From an uncultured virus (IMG/VR IMGVR_UViG_3300035661_000052) (lineage: Duplodnaviria > Heunggongvirae > Uroviricota > Caudoviricetes), in IMG/VR virus record IMGVR_UViG_3300035661_000052: DNA of 64,000 nucleotides; one strand, given 5' to 3'. Under the pieces are notes generated by a model, which saw nothing but the letters and a program-made list of their open reading frames with translations, ran no database searches and was not told the origin of the DNA. The position numbers and the translations under genes are program-made. Positions 20,301 through 27,692 of this stretch are shown here, piece by piece; the first letter of the stretch is position 1; every line of letters starts with the position of its first letter.

Positions 20301-22403
20301 AAACAGATCAGACTGTACCTCCAAAATGCGTCGAGTTGTAGGCTTAGCATCGGTTTCTTCCATAATACCAAGAGCATTGTCTTCATCAGATCGTACTATC
20401 TGTTCATCACTCCTGAACCAACCAATCCCATTATCTGTAGAAAACTGAGCATGTCCCTTGATACTGGGAACTATCGCCGGAGTGGAGATTTCATTCTCTG
20501 TGTAGTTGGTTCCACCTGGGGCTGTGAGGTGAGCATAATGGTCTGTAGAACGGTAATTTCTATCCTCACCTTCCTCATAATCTGCTTCATAAATGTCATC
20601 TGCCGCATCTTCATATTGAATATTACTTTGCCTATGATGCGTCATAGCAGTATTTATCTGAACAGTATAACTCATTTCAGCAGCAAGTCCTGTAGCCAGC
20701 TCAGCATAGGTAGTAGGCTGTTCTCTCTGTATGTAATCCTTTAGCCATTCCACCTGCTGCTTACCAGCAGATGCAGTGATTTCCTGATAGAACTTATCCG
20801 GATTACTCTTGAAAAATTTATTGAACAGTTGCTCTATCTTCGGAGTTTGCAATGCACTCATCAACTTAGGTTGAGCCTGTACATTATTCATACTCATCTC
20901 ACGGTTTGCTTCATCAGCTGGATTTGTCGATTTACTCGCGTTTACCAATCCCTCATTAACGGCATCTTTATTGAAATTAAAATGTCTCAGCCCAGTGTTC
21001 TGAGCAATGCCGCCGGATAAGTCTACATTGTACGGATGGAAGTTGATAAAGTCTAATAGATCCTTAGCTCTCCCCATTCTAATTTTAGCCTTGAAGATAT
21101 TTTGCCAATCCTGAAAACCTACTTCATTTGTATCAATACGTGCAGTAGGTTTGGTATTTACAAATAAATCAATAACGTGCTCTCCAATTGTTCCACTGAT
21201 AGTAACATCTCCAGGATTTAACCCAGGAAAAGTCTTTGTTACTTTGAATTCAGGGTATAAATCACTGATTTCTTTGAACCACTCATGACGCTGTACTTTT
21301 TTAGCAAGATTACGTTCGAAAGCTGTGTATATAAGTTTGACGCCCGGTTTAGATGCCCCTACAATTGAAGATCTTAATTCAGCTAGATCCTTTTGCATAT
21401 CTGCTGCTAGATGGCTATGCTGGACAGTAAAATCTAAATCATGTAAATTCTCTCCAGCAGTTCTATACAATGTACCCTGTTTGCGTATACTTAAAGACCC
21501 TGTAAGTGTTAATCCTAATTTCTGAAAGTTTTCAACAATGTCCTTAGCTTTAGAATCAGTAGCAATTGTATCCTGGAAATTTACAAGTTGTTGCTCCTTA
21601 CTTAACTGAGTTTGATACTTAGAAACATTTGCAGTGAGTATATCATTTGCAAGGTCGTTAACAAGTGCATTAAAATCTTCTGAACTCAATTTACCATCAC
21701 TGAACAGTCCGGTAATAAACGCTTTTATACGGGCAAGGATATAGTTAATTTGTTTTTCAATAGAACTATTTCCTGTTATTTTCCAAAACTCTCCTTCTCT
21801 ATGAATATAACTTTCACGGGGAGCTTTGAAATTATTGTGTATTGCATCAGCGAGGTAATCTATTAGTATGAGTTCTTTGATTTTACTATTATATAAATTA
21901 GGAGACTTTTTCTTATACTGTTGAAATATTTTATCATACCCAGGTATCTGTGAGATAGAATGAATCAGATCTGTACGAATCTTATTCTTCTTACCCAGCA
22001 GGCTGTATGCTACGTATGCAGTCTCTTTAGGTAAGACTGTAATATCTCGATCACGTACTACACCAATTACCTTGTTAAGCAAATCAGTAGCATCTATCAC
22101 ATCATAGCCAGTTAACTCTTTAAGTTCATTAAATTCAGATACTCCAATATGTAACTTATCAAGGAAATTTAACATCCTGGTTTCTATAACTGAATTGGTC
22201 TTTACTCTATTCGGGTCCATAGAATTTTCTACAGCTTGTAATGTGGCATCACCATTGATGTCCTTATCTGCTGTAGAGAATGCAGGGCTTTTTACCCAGT
22301 TCCATATCTGAATAGCTTTGTCGTCGCCATACTTCTGAGACAGGCCAGCATATAGTAAAGAAGGCTCACCGTTCGGAGCAGAAAATTGGTTACAAAGTGA
22401 CAT
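8319..22403 (-). CDS. Virion-packaged two-barrel RNA polymerase polyprotein (crAss-like), with additional NTase-like and zincin-like domains
   Basis: 4694 aa. Catalytic GADFDVDKLY (DFDVD at nt 14730-14744) preceded by RIPNQGHSSM, matching the RIP and DFDID-type motifs of crAss-like virion RNAPs. HENIH zincin motif at 12189-12203. Located next to the cargo genes. Confidence 0.92.
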   Translation of the reverse strand: MSLCNQFSAPNGEPSLLYAGLSQKYGDDKAIQIWNWVKSPAFSTADKDINGDATLQAVENSMDPNRVKTNSVIETRMLNFLDKLHIGVSEFNELKELTGYDVIDATDLLNKVIGVVRDRDITVLPKETAYVAYSLLGKKNKIRTDLIHSISQIPGYDKIFQQYKKKSPNLYNSKIKELILIDYLADAIHNNFKAPRESYIHREGEFWKITGNSSIEKQINYILARIKAFITGLFSDGKLSSEDFNALVNDLANDILTANVSKYQTQLSKEQQLVNFQDTIATDSKAKDIVENFQKLGLTLTGSLSIRKQGTLYRTAGENLHDLDFTVQHSHLAADMQKDLAELRSSIVGASKPGVKLIYTAFERNLAKKVQRHEWFKEISDLYPEFKVTKTFPGLNPGDVTISGTIGEHVIDLFVNTKPTARIDTNEVGFQDWQNIFKAKIRMGRAKDLLDFINFHPYNVDLSGGIAQNTGLRHFNFNKDAVNEGLVNASKSTNPADEANREMSMNNVQAQPKLMSALQTPKIEQLFNKFFKSNPDKFYQEITASAGKQQVEWLKDYIQREQPTTYAELATGLAAEMSYTVQINTAMTHHRQSNIQYEDAADDIYEADYEEGEDRNYRSTDHYAHLTAPGGTNYTENEISTPAIVPSIKGHAQFSTDNGIGWFRSDEQIVRSDEDNALGIMEETDAKPTTRRILEVQSDLFQKGRNSEYLAAELIDGTPDEDFERGEELHNIRMKYKEQHDEGKISYAEMLDLIDKAQPTLDQETVKQNQFLQLLNKDNNWVTFFVKSIVQDSAKKGYESVLFPAGETAAKIEGHETLANELTRIDTSIKALKEKNIQQHVVYLFGDARASFNTVEEADKFATENNPQYDGQLYVDKNLYVNESNIEEEIKSLEQKKADLKSQGIEKLKPIESFYETRVQNVLNKQYGKQNVERITDEHGNDWFKVSTQHGYNLINYSKSTAPETSIPRDRFNAKTLPELNKTIESIYTEAGSNPSKQFTIPLVPTDIIWLDNKERVTGAQLANLLDKDNVPPNVRFENSMFASIQNIPKNFAKGLIMEDGNPLNLDPTVIEKQMKLIVAQIRDIDGQPTGKYFDLEVQHEVLNTILFQFYNIYSDLQDSTDQKGKLAGKSTMKYMRDEVHGKLERSRQLWGIINDGKSKKIAASENSRSMVDTYTNIINSFYIAKEQNHLWNFAIERLRSMKIKMKEGEIIETGADGNAYIEDENGELQIEEGAITKDRGDSSFEMDMKDTMSTDLKLWFMSTPESKFMNEPKPEDVTADFDSYIRNPETRSLLQRGLKSDLIMTAKNAKDLGITALSNLSPKLISTERDSRSQKTIIIDGKPLRLSAIRTWTTADSADAITVKRIQEQEGHTPAEGDVVLHVTPYVQRTHVLAPEVNFLGANKLANFEQTFQDASALLAGREPSVEGYLAALKATGNANMQRIAERLEKAIEDKKDHIVKQFVAVMSSQYQRMLMVLMTRSKDGYLEPSVIDSNRGSEVQTLQRYWQEAQKTAGLLTKNAAGQTIIDEDQAKEFQKELTLLYSRQPRAYQMTKEDDKLHPKEYSKKRNKKDLELAQQKKDWVVEKRDYFKRLSTAIGITMDDKAIAELIPDRDTSLLFNQLSKGLSLNNMYAGISEEGKPIGLVDVLAWRLTQAARPEELENGEDYEAYKANNPLYVENTAIKILAKAQLKYTTQVYSQTHKSAEGKTIYSFGLNSAVSHAVRKFKEDEAYRQSFQNSYFAKNSWLLSALNPSVLSKFELVYLDGLKNRYGSRDGVTRPDMSDREQWLTLLGLFQNSGRETGHMVSLTHSDKTKTPVFMNAPRLADTRVRKNGKLYISDTVLDTMYRSVFLSEHQRAIQPGGENIRNYANGKKYFYLFPAFNHQQMSSAVKERKLTEGEMKAIWNQGKDGQWVLNNQDNVLFEATAKKLIARQLNEMIEATKQSWTDSKLIKAGLPGSKWYYNGLLKGIGLSQAKEGNKFVWMDGEERVPDELVQKLHIDLAAADYTLNSFLFNTGLSQLFYGDPANAFKAPKGTTDREENVLTGKHDEVLNATLIEYGKRLAKDIAPRKDGDTSHSPGYTSVTAEDWEPVIHELSQIPSYKKPANATDAQEIWTMREYLNDARTYGDVTQEQYNKAIGIITKANGKFYNFGPDLESIILQPRKNVEAGLMPPMEGMMPYTYTKASAFPLYPPFIEGLELDKLRIAMEHPETGIDRLNFISAKKMGGPVKILKLFDDNGKVRDDTFTTTDWIADSRQYIPREFNGRQQDNPYDEDKDAILTVSQMNKNITEKIPTIQKKFIYRGKEKSGAELRQIKEDIRKQLITQSHAKFLDKVGAIYDVDKDVIRFKDKKKFYNLLAKEAKDRDGYTVNDLLALTSYMEGQDELVVPLAFTPSFSKFEGMMMSMVKKIVKIKMPGHSFIQASPAGFRTLATWEDSNLDRSQIVWTKPFDGNLKTAHIGEDGAVVPAQVLVGFNYFSDSRLNIQDFIKEVDNKKMLDTEKMPPELFQLVGARIPNQGHSSMLPIEIVGFLPQNMGDMIVVPAGITKQMGADFDVDKLYTYHRSYTADGGKLSAAEGLDNDYFDVHWSTLTNPEMLDSIMSPLDKNDLKDMADELSPAEGKVPYYFSPTYQLSDFQSMKGAKVLVGQTSLALTSNAVLQTSTVGLAEWVVEEAGKYTQSTAITVADEEGNPLHLSELSGFGETTYKGERRTKSDNVQIQQSESVDHAKNRVIDKINLDPNTSAASLAMSRLQTADQGTPGEADFVPGKSINLEYNALLLMQPIVREFSAALSTANDTLSVNFESKVKDKVFIDLTTKYETDVDWEKVDEVLLNPEKMREALKLKPGTTEFNTLQQAALKLFKQFDDIGSQLVTLQSTMAQDTRGAGKDMLGVLNTVEKRAKPNTTSEKFLSNTQQVFGNKKNGLTEVGVTYDSTVNTALDLYSPELPYKALQKSYNSVMELAGKDGLNNEQKKLVFNAMKSFAFNSKKLGLYSDAYTERVRLLFSHGSNLSLAQRLLSAKSTWGKNDYLLQRLQTDIDPNGVRPDMIEYNASKASMADDVENSKAWLTMLTSEDPVKKALGFDMVRYNYLIGGLQGTRNFIKYIPWATIEGSQIAFGLREQFNEISKFNDSEALVEQIFQHNPHLARQLSAELDEIGKPAIAPDTFALPIYNADDNTGNLAAALAVTMTTDDGKKFTDYPTYLSYRKENKWYLYKNMGMVPGTAKPLFARIDTLGDSKLQLSEYAESAGQVDQKGLRSVVADNRAPWFEHISPEYRKLSNSVMDSLTTAGAHTIAMRQVGITKETGGLQDIINSMSVIARDGGQPAHIRAMAEVLGNMQRNPAEAFAYENVFGMNRAFSYEFSSLPSGTAATFNSGSNKMTFSIPGIGNKQLLAANIIHENIHYHTALMTMAMEGEASWAARGVNSRTLAKLREAKAFIDGHPELQQKLSAVEDARKEAMAELRKRVVTKFGSEYFELLKTDHDTEYGKLYYSLNNATEFVSHILSDSRTITFLNSIKSEDKTSLLNKIKDLFAKVWNALQTALGVQNGTLAETSVKRTLDLLTHDMVLRAPASVMSSTELFSDLSNASINTKEISAIDKVIGKLTEQKQDLINSYTGVTDNRSRLDKRYKIKEIEEDIKKLADSQDLMQVSEIGKKHLQWVARIDAKEKPNENEIMNAVRIAQMWRGIVELLYGDSATSVDPELSQLANQSGNFVHRLLSKGKDYMVDVSAGVIRSTKDFEQVEDISMDQKLLRSLSSAAKSTVTSHVANFIETTARQRDEECYEAMQKLNKLEKNMLAHTGGKKGLEALYNKMTQTSAKSLGLTMQYSKEWFEWRRSIIAKRNATIADIEKNFGNDTVGAIGPKKAAWKAFWKEVDKKAVFVDTRRFFNPTTGELIDNPGAREELAIHVGADHVEILLARAQERYLKYIEDKNTHFDVLDERVVLHEHTAEEAEVMKKEWQNKHSPNVFFDRNNSARSFSEATEEYIAMAPKLSSKELWNDDYKGLMEDSKVSQFYNDYKNMIDEFLSYMPKAVQDRQGADFLPAVRKEVMANMFNVVDWVKTFNEKFVRSITATGWEEQMSDRAFDKIPIDFVNANKLVLEDRSKDLIGIGRLFAMMAIHYKHFSAAKDYIDMGETILKEVNRAQIEGSTQMEQNGKVVTVQKGLRNTLDALKYLKDYSMFRKPKELEGNTNSKLYSKNTGKGSKFSLNLIKHIKMTRDVKKLTAQREELEEKFRTGELTEEEYGAAIEPINQQLGKYEGFTMYGSKIGDKLIGINQLKALSYNPFSAVANVTFGLISISIHAAGGRDFTHAHVAAARTLMTRALFDKKLATKVMGMMDRAGIIGDYVESKYGKAPEFRDNKSTWKKIADPFGMMRETDFFMKGVTTVAMAMHDKITPELSIWDSLDENGYYDSAKHGPSEDWVSGTSAKQQTKWDKFRNKAIRVNVILHGNQDKNAPKMINKTILGRLLGQFRASWLPEGWYNRFQDERFDENLGRAVKGRYRSFFNLDNQIGIGGYAMVMGRQLIGLLPGVKVNPFSGITTIGGKLLTDEESVDTENMRKNLSELGYFLVLAGSIAMLKHLNAGDDDKKSAYTTQVLLNMLIRGKQDIDFYASPGVFESVTKNVIPATSVLTDYGKAIGATMRLIIDDDYTFGKWALKMTKAGIPIPQTTLINKSIYMANKDLDALQ

Positions 22404-22412
22404 AGGGTGTAG

Positions 22413-25400
22413 TTAACATTTAATGAATGGGTTGTATCCGTCAGCTATCCTGCTGATGCCTAAATCCTGTAGATATTGAAGTACCTGTGCAGGGGTCTTG
22501 GCGTTGCGTTCTTCTGTAGCTGTAAAGTTATACAATTGTTGAAGATTATCAAGGGTAAGTTCATCTCCATTTGGTGCAATTATATGGCGCACTGCTTCAA
22601 AGTTGATGCTACCATTCATGAGATCATTCAGCTCATCAGCCGCATCTTCGTATTCAGTAGTAACGGTACCTGCTGTGTCTGGTGTAGAAGAGATGAGTTC
22701 TGTTGCATTGGCAGTAGCTGCAGGCCTCAATTTAGATTCATCCAGTATCATCTGTCCATTGACGGCGTACACATGTTTACCAGCTACAGTGTGTTTACCG
22801 TAGACAACAGTACTGAGGAATGATTTTGCATACGCGTTGTAGTTGGCATACTCTTTATGAGAGAGTACGTCATTGGCATTGATGGTAACAGCAGTGATCG
22901 GCTTGGGATCACCTAAGCCCATCAATTTGCCCCCACTCAGATTTACATTCTTCATGCGACCATTGAGTCCGGCGATGAGAGCATCTCTGAATGCAGGATT
23001 GAGTTGACCATTCTTCAGGTCAGCTCTCAATGGACGTTTACCGCTGTAAGTAGTTCCCACTTTGATGTCAGCTTTACCATCAGTACGTGTTCCTAATTCA
23101 TCTGGTACTTGGAAGAGCCAACGCAGTTCTTTTTTTCCCTCTACAGCTTCAGCGTTACCTTCAGTCTTGGTATCAGCGAAGCCATTGGTCAGTGTAAAGT
23201 ACTGCTCAATGAATCCTTTCAGTCCAGCAGGTGTACTGATGTCAAAGCCGGTATATTGTTGTATCTGGTCAATAAGTTTCTGTCCCTTGTCCCCCAGAAA
23301 GTCAGTTCCATGCTGCATGTACAGCTCTATAGCACGCACAACAGTGTTGATTTCTCCTGGACGTTTGGACAGAGGAGCTGTGAGCATTGGTACTGGCATG
23401 TACTTACCATTGTTCATTGGTATGTAAGCTACAACTGAAGTACGAGGTTTCTCTGCTGTACCCATCAGTCTTTCCCGCTGCTGTGTAGTGAGGTCAATCA
23501 TATCCAGTTTGGTACTGGCCAGCAGGCTTTTGCCAATCATCAGTCCATCCTTAGTAGCTACACCAAAGGTGAGACTGGTATCAGGCAGTAATTTTTCAGC
23601 TAACTGTGGACGGTATTTCACCTTACCAGTAGATTCATTTAGATCCCCAAAATACATAAGCCTACCTGGAAGCATACTACCAGTTGTGTGAAGCTTAGCT
23701 CCAGGATTGGCATTGTGCCGTTCAGCCAGTTCCTTTCGAATAGCCAATACATATTCCATCTGGCGAAGTACATTACCGGGTTCTCTGTTACCATCTGCGT
23801 CAGGCGGCATCAGGTCTTCTACATTACGGAAGTTATCGCTTCCCTGTCTGGCAGTGATCCAGTCAGCTCTGGGAAAGTACTTCAGTGTCTTACCAGTTTC
23901 AGCATCTACAATCTTAATGGGTACATTGCCATACCCAATCATTGCTTCATGTGCTGCAGTCCTGATTTTTCCATCTGTTGTGTATTGAGAGAAGGAGTCA
24001 TTCAGTTTCACTTCATTCAGATCTTCATCCTGTACCAGTGCATCGTCATTGAGTCGTTGGCCATTCCAGTCAGTGTCAATCTGCAGGTACACCTTGTGTC
24101 CGGGTTGAATGGCACCGGGGATAAGGTTCTCTTTGTTAGCGTGCGGATCGAGTTGAGGAGCACCATTTACGGTGACATTCCTCAGCATACGTTTGCCATT
24201 GTACTCAATCGTCTTATACTGTAGATCAGAACTGTTACCTTTTACGGCATTAGTAGTTTTGGCTGAGTTCTCCCAGGGCAATGCCTCAAGAGTATCATCA
24301 GTGAACCAGGATGCATTGTCCAGAGTGAGAGGCTGCTCATTCTCTATCACAGCAGGAGTATCTGTCTCTTTCAGTTCAGCGGCTCCTTCTATAGGATCAA
24401 CAGTGATCTGCTGTGCAGTAGTGGGGACAGCATTGTTTTTCTCCTTCAAGTACTCTCTCAGTTTGATCTGTACCTCATTCACTTTCATCTGGCTAATCTC
24501 ACCGGCCGCCAGCATTGGGCGGAAAGCATTCTTTAGTAAGTCGTAACTATAAGAAGTACCGGCAGTGTGTTCAGTTTCAATCTTGTCCAGTATCTTCAGT
24601 GCCTTAGCTGGTAATGAATTCTTGAGCTCCAGGTATCCATCTGTAGCAGTAGGCTCTTCGAAGTTGGCCAGTTCATCTGCTGTATAATGAGTTTGAGGCA
24701 GGTCGCCTTCAGTCTCCGGATTCTCCTGATATGGTTCCTGGTACTCAGCTTCTTCACTGTCAGCAGCCTCATTCTCTTCAGCAGGCCGGTTAGCTTCCAC
24801 AGTTTGTTTCACTTCAGCAGTAGCTTTCTGGTCAGATAACAGATCCAGCTTATTCTGAGCTTCGCTGATCTGACCTTTCAGTTGAGCAATTTGACTCTTG
24901 AGGATAGTCATCTTCTGAGTGAGAGGAATGGTCTTGTTCAGAGAAGTGAATGCTCCCATTCCCTTACGCAGTTCTTTCACCTGCTGTTCAAGACTGGTGT
25001 ATTCATTGGTTGCCTGCTGGAGTTTAACAGTGTCCTCGGCCAGTTGCTTCTCAGTTTTGGCAATGAGCACTTCCTTTTCTTTCACAGACAGTCTATTCAC
25101 AGCATCCCGGGACTGTTGTCTCAGGAAGTTTTCTGTGTTGTCCAGTTTGTTCTTCTCCTGCATCTCTTTGATGATGGCTTCTTTATCTCTCTTTAGTGAG
25201 GCAGCTACTTTAGCCATACCCCCCTTGGTCATGATCTTATTGAATGTTCCATGTGCAACACTGAGCTGGAACTTCTGTAGCTCCAGGTTATTCCTGTCTT
25301 CAGTCAGCAGATGATTACTGCCTACCTGATCCAAGTATCCCTGAAAGGAGTGAGAGTTGTTCTTCTCTTTCCATGCAGTGAAGCCTGTGCTATCCTCAAG

Positions 25401-27692
25401 CTGCTGTTTGAGATCGGCAATCTTATCAGCGTGTTCCTTCTTGGCAGCCAGTAGATCAGCTTCAACAGTCTTTACTGTATCATCCAAATCAGCATCGCTG
25501 GTTCCTTCAGCACGGTACTTGGCAGCTATCTGTTTTTTAATTGCAAATTTCCCTGCAGGAGTAGCTGGTACTGAGTTTATTGCAGCAAGGTCATTGTCTA
25601 TGTCTCTGGCTACAGTTGAGAGTGAACTGAGCTGCTGTGACAGACCAGAGTCTAAATCAGTGAAGCCAGTACGGTCAGTGAATCTATCTACAGCTTCCCG
25701 TTCAGCTATCTTACTTTCAACACGGTCAATGGCTTTTTGATGTAGAAAGAGTCCGGCCTTACGCATGAAGATGTGATCAATCAGATCAGGTTCTACCTGG
25801 CCATGGAACTTATTAGAGATTTCCTCATGCATCTTCTGCAGCGCCTTCAGGTTCCCTACAGCAGACAGGGCTCTTTCCTTGTACTCATGGTCATTCTTAT
25901 CCTTGGCAAATCCAGCCTGAGTGGCAGCAGTCTGATCTTTCAGAGACGCCTGTTGTAAGGTAAGATCCTGATGTTGTTTCACCAGTTGATCATACTGAGC
26001 CTTAGCTTCCGGATCAGCTTCTATCTGGGGTTGAAGTTGTTCCATCTGCTGTGTAAGAGCATCGAGTTGAGGTTGTAATTGTTCACCTAAGCTGTGGGTA
26101 TTATCCAGAGCAGCTATTTGTCGGTAAGTCTCCTGGAAGTTCTCTCCCTGGCCCATGGCGATGGGAGACAGTGTGTTGAAACCGAAGAGTTCATTCTTGG
26201 TTCTCTCTATAGCAGCTTCATCGTTCTTACTGTATGCCTGTTTGAGTTCTTCATGCTTAGCGTCCAGTCTGTCAATGTCGGCAATGATAGCATCCTTGAC
26301 ATTGGCGAAATAGGACCTGACTCCCATCTCATTTACCTTCTTACCCATTACCAGGTTCTTCTGTACTTTGTAAACAGGTTCACCATTGGCGTCAGTGCCG
26401 GTTTGTATCTTGTTGCCTTCTTTATCAGTCTTGTAAACAGGATTATTGTTCTCATCGTAATGGGCCACCATACGTGGACTATGATCCAGCAGAACGGCCA
26501 TACCCACATCACCAAATGCACCCAGTGCAAAGTTTAATGCACCTTCGCTGTCACTTACATCTCCCAGGTAATTCTCCAGATCTGTCAGCGAGTCTTTCAG
26601 ATCCCCATTGCCCTCACGACGTCCTTTGTGCTCAGCATACTGGGTGTTGATTTCCTCAAAGCCACCTTTAATAGCTTCCATTGGCATAGAGCTCCATCCA
26701 TGACGCGGCATCAATGCTCGTTTTAATTCCGGATTATCCATCGTAGCCGCAGTAAGCCTTTCTTTCCAGGCTGTACGGGTTTCACCTACAGCTTGTTTAC
26801 CTTCAGTACGTAGCCAGGCTTTAACTTCATCTGCTGGTTCATGAAACATGGGGGCCAACTCACCGAACTGCAGCATCGTGTTGAGAGCGACGTTGGTACG
26901 GATGGTAGTAGCACCGGCTTCAGATGCTGTATGACCTGCAGTGGTACGGGCTTCATCAGGATTCATTCCCTGGGCGATGAGCTTCTTATATTGAGTGTTG
27001 TATACTTCCTGAAATATCTGAGCTCCGGACTGTGCTCCTTCAGAGAAGGACTGTGTAGCAGCAGCTGCAACTTGTGGAATAGTAGAACGTACCACTTTAC
27101 TGGCTATACTTCCAGCCTTCAATCCTTCTCCTGCTGCTTCAGCTAATGTCTTGAAGACAGTACCGAACGCCTTCTCCTCAGCAGCAAATGGTATCATCCA
27201 TTCGGCAGTAGACTTAATCACCGTATCAAACCACCAGGCTGGATCTTTCCAGTCCCAGTTATCATCAGGGTGCTCATGGTATACAGGAAGCGGATCACGA
27301 AAAGACTGTAGTTTCTTAGTCAGTGCATTGGTGTAATCACTGTCATCATTGCCAGTAACACCTGCCCATACTTTAGGATCAAGTCCAGTGGCAAACACTT
27401 CACCAATACCAAGCACAGAGTTGGTTGCAGCATTGACAATGGAGTCTCCGGCTTGTGCGTACCACTTCTGGTTCTGTGCACGCAACATATAGTTGTCCGC
27501 ATTCGTTTTGGGCTGAAATGAGAAGTCGCCAAAGTCTTCTCCTGTTACATTCCCAACAGCAGGCGAATTGCCAGCAGTAGGAGTGTTGGATATTTTATTA
27601 AGATCAAAACCTCCTGAAGTAGAAGGTTTTGAAGATTTAGATGCCGGTGGTTTGCCGGGATCAGCTATTTTGTCAAGGTCAAATCCAGGCAT
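22413..27692 (-). CDS. Large virion cargo/ejection protein
   Basis: 1759 aa. N-terminal RAQNQKWY motif and Gly/Ala-rich segments followed by long coiled coils; immediately upstream of the vRNAP, as in crAss-like phages. Confidence 0.75.
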   Translation of the reverse strand: MPGFDLDKIADPGKPPASKSSKPSTSGGFDLNKISNTPTAGNSPAVGNVTGEDFGDFSFQPKTNADNYMLRAQNQKWYAQAGDSIVNAATNSVLGIGEVFATGLDPKVWAGVTGNDDSDYTNALTKKLQSFRDPLPVYHEHPDDNWDWKDPAWWFDTVIKSTAEWMIPFAAEEKAFGTVFKTLAEAAGEGLKAGSIASKVVRSTIPQVAAAATQSFSEGAQSGAQIFQEVYNTQYKKLIAQGMNPDEARTTAGHTASEAGATTIRTNVALNTMLQFGELAPMFHEPADEVKAWLRTEGKQAVGETRTAWKERLTAATMDNPELKRALMPRHGWSSMPMEAIKGGFEEINTQYAEHKGRREGNGDLKDSLTDLENYLGDVSDSEGALNFALGAFGDVGMAVLLDHSPRMVAHYDENNNPVYKTDKEGNKIQTGTDANGEPVYKVQKNLVMGKKVNEMGVRSYFANVKDAIIADIDRLDAKHEELKQAYSKNDEAAIERTKNELFGFNTLSPIAMGQGENFQETYRQIAALDNTHSLGEQLQPQLDALTQQMEQLQPQIEADPEAKAQYDQLVKQHQDLTLQQASLKDQTAATQAGFAKDKNDHEYKERALSAVGNLKALQKMHEEISNKFHGQVEPDLIDHIFMRKAGLFLHQKAIDRVESKIAEREAVDRFTDRTGFTDLDSGLSQQLSSLSTVARDIDNDLAAINSVPATPAGKFAIKKQIAAKYRAEGTSDADLDDTVKTVEADLLAAKKEHADKIADLKQQLEDSTGFTAWKEKNNSHSFQGYLDQVGSNHLLTEDRNNLELQKFQLSVAHGTFNKIMTKGGMAKVAASLKRDKEAIIKEMQEKNKLDNTENFLRQQSRDAVNRLSVKEKEVLIAKTEKQLAEDTVKLQQATNEYTSLEQQVKELRKGMGAFTSLNKTIPLTQKMTILKSQIAQLKGQISEAQNKLDLLSDQKATAEVKQTVEANRPAEENEAADSEEAEYQEPYQENPETEGDLPQTHYTADELANFEEPTATDGYLELKNSLPAKALKILDKIETEHTAGTSYSYDLLKNAFRPMLAAGEISQMKVNEVQIKLREYLKEKNNAVPTTAQQITVDPIEGAAELKETDTPAVIENEQPLTLDNASWFTDDTLEALPWENSAKTTNAVKGNSSDLQYKTIEYNGKRMLRNVTVNGAPQLDPHANKENLIPGAIQPGHKVYLQIDTDWNGQRLNDDALVQDEDLNEVKLNDSFSQYTTDGKIRTAAHEAMIGYGNVPIKIVDAETGKTLKYFPRADWITARQGSDNFRNVEDLMPPDADGNREPGNVLRQMEYVLAIRKELAERHNANPGAKLHTTGSMLPGRLMYFGDLNESTGKVKYRPQLAEKLLPDTSLTFGVATKDGLMIGKSLLASTKLDMIDLTTQQRERLMGTAEKPRTSVVAYIPMNNGKYMPVPMLTAPLSKRPGEINTVVRAIELYMQHGTDFLGDKGQKLIDQIQQYTGFDISTPAGLKGFIEQYFTLTNGFADTKTEGNAEAVEGKKELRWLFQVPDELGTRTDGKADIKVGTTYSGKRPLRADLKNGQLNPAFRDALIAGLNGRMKNVNLSGGKLMGLGDPKPITAVTINANDVLSHKEYANYNAYAKSFLSTVVYGKHTVAGKHVYAVNGQMILDESKLRPAATANATELISSTPDTAGTVTTEYEDAADELNDLMNGSINFEAVRHIIAPNGDELTLDNLQQLYNFTATEERNAKTPAQVLQYLQDLGISRIADGYNPFIKC

